NCBI GenBank assembly: GCA_045837725.1
Contig: JBEWZL010000072.1
Location: 1 to 38,735, forward strand
From: Vermamoeba vermiformis
Lineage: Eukaryota
Direction: 5' to 3'
Length of the DNA stretch: 38,735 nt
Shown: positions 33,723-38,735 of the stretch, piece after piece
How the letters are laid out: the number at the start of each line of letters is the position of its first letter
Numbering within the stretch: position 1 is the stretch's first letter
Program-made: the position numbers and the translations under genes
Notes under the pieces: generated by a model
The model's database searches: none
What the model saw: the letters and a program-made list of their open reading frames with translations, nothing else
What the model was told of the DNA's origin: nothing

Positions 33723-35999
33723 ATGACGCACAGTTATATTGTATTGATTTTAAGTCTCAGCTTAGCCAGCCTCTCTTTGAGCTCGTACACAACTCGTAAG
33801 CAATTCTAGATGGTTCTTTAATTATCCGAGTGAGTTCAATATTAACGCGATTAACATTACTAGCGTGGACTCTATTGAAGCCTAGTGGTCACACACCTGC
33901 GGCACGCCAATTGCACGTAAGTTCATTGCCACATCCAAGATGAAACAAATGCTAATTAGCTTGCAATTCAGGCTTCGATCTACTCCAATGGTGTTTGGAT
34001 ATACGGTGGTATGAGCAACGACACTAGTAAAGGGTTGCGAGTGGTAAGTTTGTTTAGGCGGATCACACAAAAAAATCACATAATCGCACCATCTACGTTA
34101 TCATTAATTTATATTGATGTCCTGCATTTAGTTTTGCGATTTGCAACACTACGATGACTCTGCTAACAGTTGGACCATGGTTGACAACTGCTCGCGTAGT
34201 GATTATCGAGGACCGGGAATGCTCTATGATTCAGCTTACGCTCAATGGGGAGATTGGTAAGTAAATACAAATATATATATATATTTATATATAACTTGTT
34301 CGTAAATCTTTCAAATTTTGGTACCCACAAAATCAACTGGATTTGATTTTACCTCTTGCTTTAACTAGTTTATCAACAGTTTCTTAATATTTGGCGGAAC
34401 TAACGACAAAGGCGCAAGAACAACGGATACTTGGTGCTATAACTTCAGTAAGTTCACAATTAACAAACGCGATCCAAACTTACATTTAAATTTTTCAGCT
34501 AGCGGTCATTGGAGTGAATTAACTGTTAAATTCGACAAATATGGCGATGCAGATCTTCTTCAAACCGGTTTATCAGCTGTTGTGTACGAGGACAAGTTTA
34601 TCATCTCCTCGAACAAACTGATCTTCTTCTTGGACTTGACTTCTGAGCCCAAGACTTGGAATCGAATGAACGCAGATGGCTCCGTCAAACATTTAATCGG
34701 CTCTAAGGACTACGCCATGACCCTGGAAGAGTCGACTGGAAAAGTGTGGATGTACGCTGGTACTGACGCTACTGGAGAGACCATGCAGTGGGTCAATTGG
34801 ATTCTGACTTCAAATTGGACCTACGTATCTCCTATAATTCTCGCTGGCTTGCCTCCTCTTTCCAGATCCAAATCCGCTTTCGTAAGTTACCAAATCCACA
34901 CTCGATTGCCCTCATTAACTTTTGTAGAGCGATGGTGGAGAATACTTCTTATGGGGTGGTTACGATGGCGAGAAAAAGGTATTCGGAGAAATCGAGAGAT
35001 TTCCAAATTCGACTTGGAAGTTCATCAATGACTCAGAAACTGGCTTGATCTGGACCGCAGCCCCAACTGTTAATAGTAAGTAGAAGTACATCGCTCACAA
35101 GTATAGCGATATTCACAATTGTATGTGCAGATCCAAGAGGCCGATTCGGTCATTCGCTTGTTCGAAGCGATAGCAATGAAATCTTCGTTTTTGGCGGCAG
35201 AACTGAGTACGAACGTAGCGGAATATCAATTACTTATGATGAATTGTGGACTGTTAGGTAAGCAGTGTTAACCGTCCTTTGAATCTGGCGGTTTGAATCT
35301 GGCGGGTAGATCTTCACTCCAAGATCTTCTGGTCACTTTGTCTCAAGCAGGGTTACTAATTATAATTCATTTATAGTATGGCCACGCAACTCTCTTTAGA
35401 TATGACCTCCGCTAAGTGCACTGTTCCGTCGTCATTCCTGGATGCGCGTAAGTAGTGTACTTTTTGAACATATTATAGGGATACTAATCAATATAACAGC
35501 GTTCCAATGCTTGATCCTTGGCAGAGATGTCGATGGCAGAGTTACAGGTGACTCGACTATGGCAAAGAACTTCAAGGTTGTTGTGACCAATAGCGACAAC
35601 TCGACGTTTGCAACTCCTCAAGTCTCGTACTTTGGCTCCGCATTCCACTTCGCCTTCAAAGCAAACACTACTGGTCAATATAAGGTCTCCATCACTTATC
35701 TCGACGATGAAGTGCCTAAGGGTAAGTACTTTCAGCGTCATACTTTTGGATTCGATCCAAAAAAATCAACAAAGAATTTCTTTTTCTCTTGAAATATAGA
35801 AAGATAATAATATTATGTGTATTTAGCCTCGCCTTTGTTCCTCGATGCGGAATGTCCTTCGCTGTACTGGGGCTCGTCTTGCTCAGTGAATGGCTGGTGG
35901 ATCATTGGCTCTGCAATTGCTGTGGTCGTGATTGTCGCCATTGTCGTGGCTGTTGTCGTGGTCCGCAAGCGAAAGGCTGGCTATCAACCTCTCAATTAA
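33723..35999 (+). CDS. Type I membrane protein: signal peptide, Kelch-type beta-propeller, filamin-like Ig domain, TM and a short tail ending GYQPLN
   Basis: Signal peptide MTHSYIVLILSLSLASLSLS. Kelch motifs FLIFGG...DTWCYN and RGRFGHSL...IFVFGG...DELW. Filamin-like segment FQCLILGRDVDG...GQYKVSITY. TM WWIIGSAIAVVVIVAIVVAVVVV followed by RKRK. Confidence 0.8.
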
Positions 36000-36420
36000 G
36001 CGCAAGCATCGATGGATCCCGAATTGATACCACATTCACATCATATTAGATAAAGAGTAGATCCTTACTATATGCCTCTGTTTAGCCACTTAAAGTCCAA
36101 CAAATGTTGGATGTCGGATCCGGTCCAAAGAGGTCCGACGCAAAGCTTTAGCTGAAAAGGTATTATACGAAAGCCGCGAACTTTATTGTCACTTAATATG
36201 ATTGCTTAACTGCAACGGGAGTAGCAGACTCCTGTAGACCGGTTCAGTTAAATAGATCGTCGCCAAATACATCACTAAAAACATGTCGAAAGAAACTGTT
36301 CCGAGATTGCCAGAAGAACTGGCGAAATGATTCGCGGTGGAGGAGGAAAGTATTGCATTATGTTTATTTCGTTCTTGTGATTCTGGAAGGTGCTAGGCGA
36401 AATGAAATTCGTCGCTTAAA

Positions 36421-38250
36421 TTATTGGTTTTCGGGATCTACTTCATCGTCGATGTCATCATCCTCCTCCTCGGTTGTTACATAAAATTGGCACATTGATA
36501 ACTTGGGCATTGCATGTATGAGTTCTTTTTCGCTGACTTGTATTGGATACGGAGTTGCCAAAATTAGTTCACGCAAAAATGTCAATCGTGTCAAAGTGAC
36601 ACCTGTAAAAGTTGATCCGGATTGCATTTGAATCTGAAGCGAGGTGAGATTGGTCAGACTTTGCAATTTGGTAACTGTATTGTCAGTAACCTTATCGCAA
36701 TAACTAATGATTAAATCCCGTAGTTTAGTCATCGCTGCAACGCTGTCAAAAGGTACCTTTATGTTATTGACAAGCAAATATGTCAAATTTGACAAGCGCT
36801 GAATATCTTCTGCACGAAGGTAACTTGACCCACTGGAGGATAGTGACTCCAAGTTGATCAATTTGTAGATGGGGAACGGACCTCCAAAATTGTTGCGGAA
36901 TACTTCCAAGACTTTCAATTTCGTGAACGATGCAAGTGTCGGAAACTCTTCTTGTGGGATTGTTTGGAGTTTCAATTGTGTCAAAGTTGATGCAAGAGAA
37001 GAAATAACATTGAGCGGAAAATCTCCTTGCACCATGCTGAAATCGAGCGATTGTAGGTTACTAAGTTTGGTAATGGATGGTAATTCGAAGTATGCAGATT
37101 GCACTTCAAGAGCTGTCAAAGTTGCTGAAACTGATCGCAATGTGTCGTTGATATTTTTTTCATCTTCGCCTAGCAGACGCAAACTCTCAAGGTTGGTCAG
37201 CAGATCCAGCTTCGAACTTCCCACCCAATGCATTTCCAGCACTTTGAGGTTGGATAGCTCGCGCAAATTTCCTTTTTTGGCAATTTCATTGACACATAGA
37301 AAAGTCAACTTGGTGTTCAACTGTGAGATACTACCGGTGGGGACCAAAAGCGCCAGTTTTTCCAGATTTGGTAAGTGCGGAATAGCTAACGGTTCGATGG
37401 GATTGGTGGAACCGTACTCTTCGAAGATCCGCAGGTCCTTCAAGTTTGAAAATAGCTGCAGCTTGTTTGAGTCTGCTTTGGATAGTGCTGCATCGCTTAT
37501 AGACATTCTAATCAGCCGTTGTGGATATGGAACAATCGACAGTGGATCCGCTGGGTTGATTGTCGCCGAAAAGTGAAGACCTTCAAGGTTCGAAAAGGAA
37601 GAAAGATCCAACTCTTCAAACTGCTCTTTCGTTTCTATGTAGAGTTCTTTCAGCTTAGTAAGGTGTCGAATTATCTGAGGAGGGAGCTGCGTATCCCTGT
37701 ATTGCCCCGCTACCTCCAGATTCGTCAAGTTGGTGAGCGGATGGAGTTCTTCTGTTGGGAGATCTTCTGATTTCGAAGGAGTGACTATCAATCTCTTCAA
37801 CTGTGTTATTCTTCCTATTTCTTCGCATTCCGGCTCTCTTAATTCGAATTTCTGATGGCTAAACTCGAGTTCGAGAGGAAAATTGTATTTTGAAAGCCGA
37901 TCTGCAATTTGAGAGACTTGTTCTGAAGTTGTAAAATACACCTTGAAATTATTACATCGTATCTTGTTGAACCAGAGAGTGTTTGCAAGTCGCATAGTGC
38001 ATCGAGACTTGTCATCCAGAAATGAAGCAATTATGGAAAAGATCTCCGTCGGTATCGATTTGTAATAAAAATGGAGGCTCTTGTTGTAGACGTTTTGAGG
38101 GTGAAATAAAACTGATTTATTTGAGTGGTACAACGCGCTATTTATGTCTGTGCCTTTGATTAAGTCATGATCTCGTCTTGATCCACGTCGCGCGAGGAGA
38201 CACGTCATTTTCCTAATTTGGAGTATACCGTTCTCGCTTTCTTTCGGCAT
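36421..38250 (-). CDS. F-box + leucine-rich-repeat protein, intronless
   Basis: 609-aa ORF with F-box SIPTEIFSIIASFLDDKSRCTMRLANTLW, many LxxLxxLxL repeats (LTNLTNLEV, LTNLESLRL, LSNLQSLDF, LTNLTSLQI) and an acidic tail. Confidence 0.88.
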   Translation of the reverse strand: MPKESENGILQIRKMTCLLARRGSRRDHDLIKGTDINSALYHSNKSVLFHPQNVYNKSLHFYYKSIPTEIFSIIASFLDDKSRCTMRLANTLWFNKIRCNNFKVYFTTSEQVSQIADRLSKYNFPLELEFSHQKFELREPECEEIGRITQLKRLIVTPSKSEDLPTEELHPLTNLTNLEVAGQYRDTQLPPQIIRHLTKLKELYIETKEQFEELDLSSFSNLEGLHFSATINPADPLSIVPYPQRLIRMSISDAALSKADSNKLQLFSNLKDLRIFEEYGSTNPIEPLAIPHLPNLEKLALLVPTGSISQLNTKLTFLCVNEIAKKGNLRELSNLKVLEMHWVGSSKLDLLTNLESLRLLGEDEKNINDTLRSVSATLTALEVQSAYFELPSITKLSNLQSLDFSMVQGDFPLNVISSLASTLTQLKLQTIPQEEFPTLASFTKLKVLEVFRNNFGGPFPIYKLINLESLSSSGSSYLRAEDIQRLSNLTYLLVNNIKVPFDSVAAMTKLRDLIISYCDKVTDNTVTKLQSLTNLTSLQIQMQSGSTFTGVTLTRLTFLRELILATPYPIQVSEKELIHAMPKLSMCQFYVTTEEEDDDIDDEVDPENQ

Positions 38251-38735
38251 TGTTATTGCATAAATTCATTCGTGCAATTTATGCTTCATGAACAGGAATT
38301 TACGCGCGTGCAACCTCTTTACAGATTCCATTGGCTGTTTTAATTATTATAAATTTATTGAAAATATAATATGTTTATTGCGGATTCTGCATCGCAACGA
38401 TGATGTGCCATTATATTACGAGTTGATTTCAAAAAACGCACAGAAAAAATCAAACAAAAATATTTCAACAACAATATTATTATGAACTGAATAATAGGCA
38501 ACAACCCTTCAATGATCGATTTTATGGTCACCGTTCCCGCCCTAGGGTAATTTGAGGGTGGGGAACACGAATTTGATGGTATTTTTTTCGAAATTCGGCC
38601 AGATTCGGTCCAAATCGGGTTCTTGTTTTGTATCTGCCCAAAAAAATCGAATTTTTTGCCCAGACTTGCTGTGCGTGCCTTAACTAATTATTTCCAATAA
38701 CTTTTGTAATAATGTTGTTGGTCAACACAGATGGC

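Noticed and set aside
35278..35305. 14-bp tandem duplication TTTGAATCTGGCGG
   Set aside because: An isolated intronic duplication.
36869..37576. 235-aa plus-strand ORF
   Set aside because: An antisense shadow of the F-box-LRR coding sequence.
38533..38566. Imperfect GC-rich hairpin near the window end
   Set aside because: Single, imperfect and without context in the window, so it cannot be assigned to an RNA gene or element end.
1..38735. tRNA, rRNA or snRNA genes
   Set aside because: No cloverleaf with T-loop/D-loop consensus and no rRNA or snRNA signature was recognised by eye. tRNAscan-SE and Infernal would be needed to exclude them fully.

Overview
Eukaryotic, gene-dense genomic DNA with many short (~45-90 nt) GT-AG introns. 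The gene repertoire (GPCR-PIP5K, 7TM-TKL kinase, GABA-B/Grl-type class C GPCR, F-box-LRR) is typical of a free-living protist, most plausibly an amoebozoan (inference). The first ~10.7 kb is a nest of mobile DNA. It holds two related arrays of ~46-bp palindromic hairpin repeats, each closed by the same 42-bp motif, and a CpG-decayed Transib/RAG1-like transposase remnant. It also holds an apparently intact 6.4-kb CMC (CACTA/EnSpm-like) DNA transposon (4174-10578, perfect 17-bp TIRs) with an intron-containing DDE transposase and a head-to-head second gene of unknown function. The remaining ~28 kb holds about 14 host genes: GPCR-PIP5K fusion, KCTD-type BTB protein, an unknown protein, a DnaJ-type zinc-finger mini-protein, a small membrane-anchored protein, a questin-oxidase-family enzyme next to an intronless secreted SDR, a TPR-MYND protein, a small Cys-rich protein, a class C GPCR with two tandem bacterial-type periplasmic-binding domains, a 7TM-TKL kinase, an ERI1-family exonuclease, a Kelch/filamin-Ig type I membrane protein and an F-box-LRR protein. 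Exon boundaries were read by eye and are approximate. No database searches were run.
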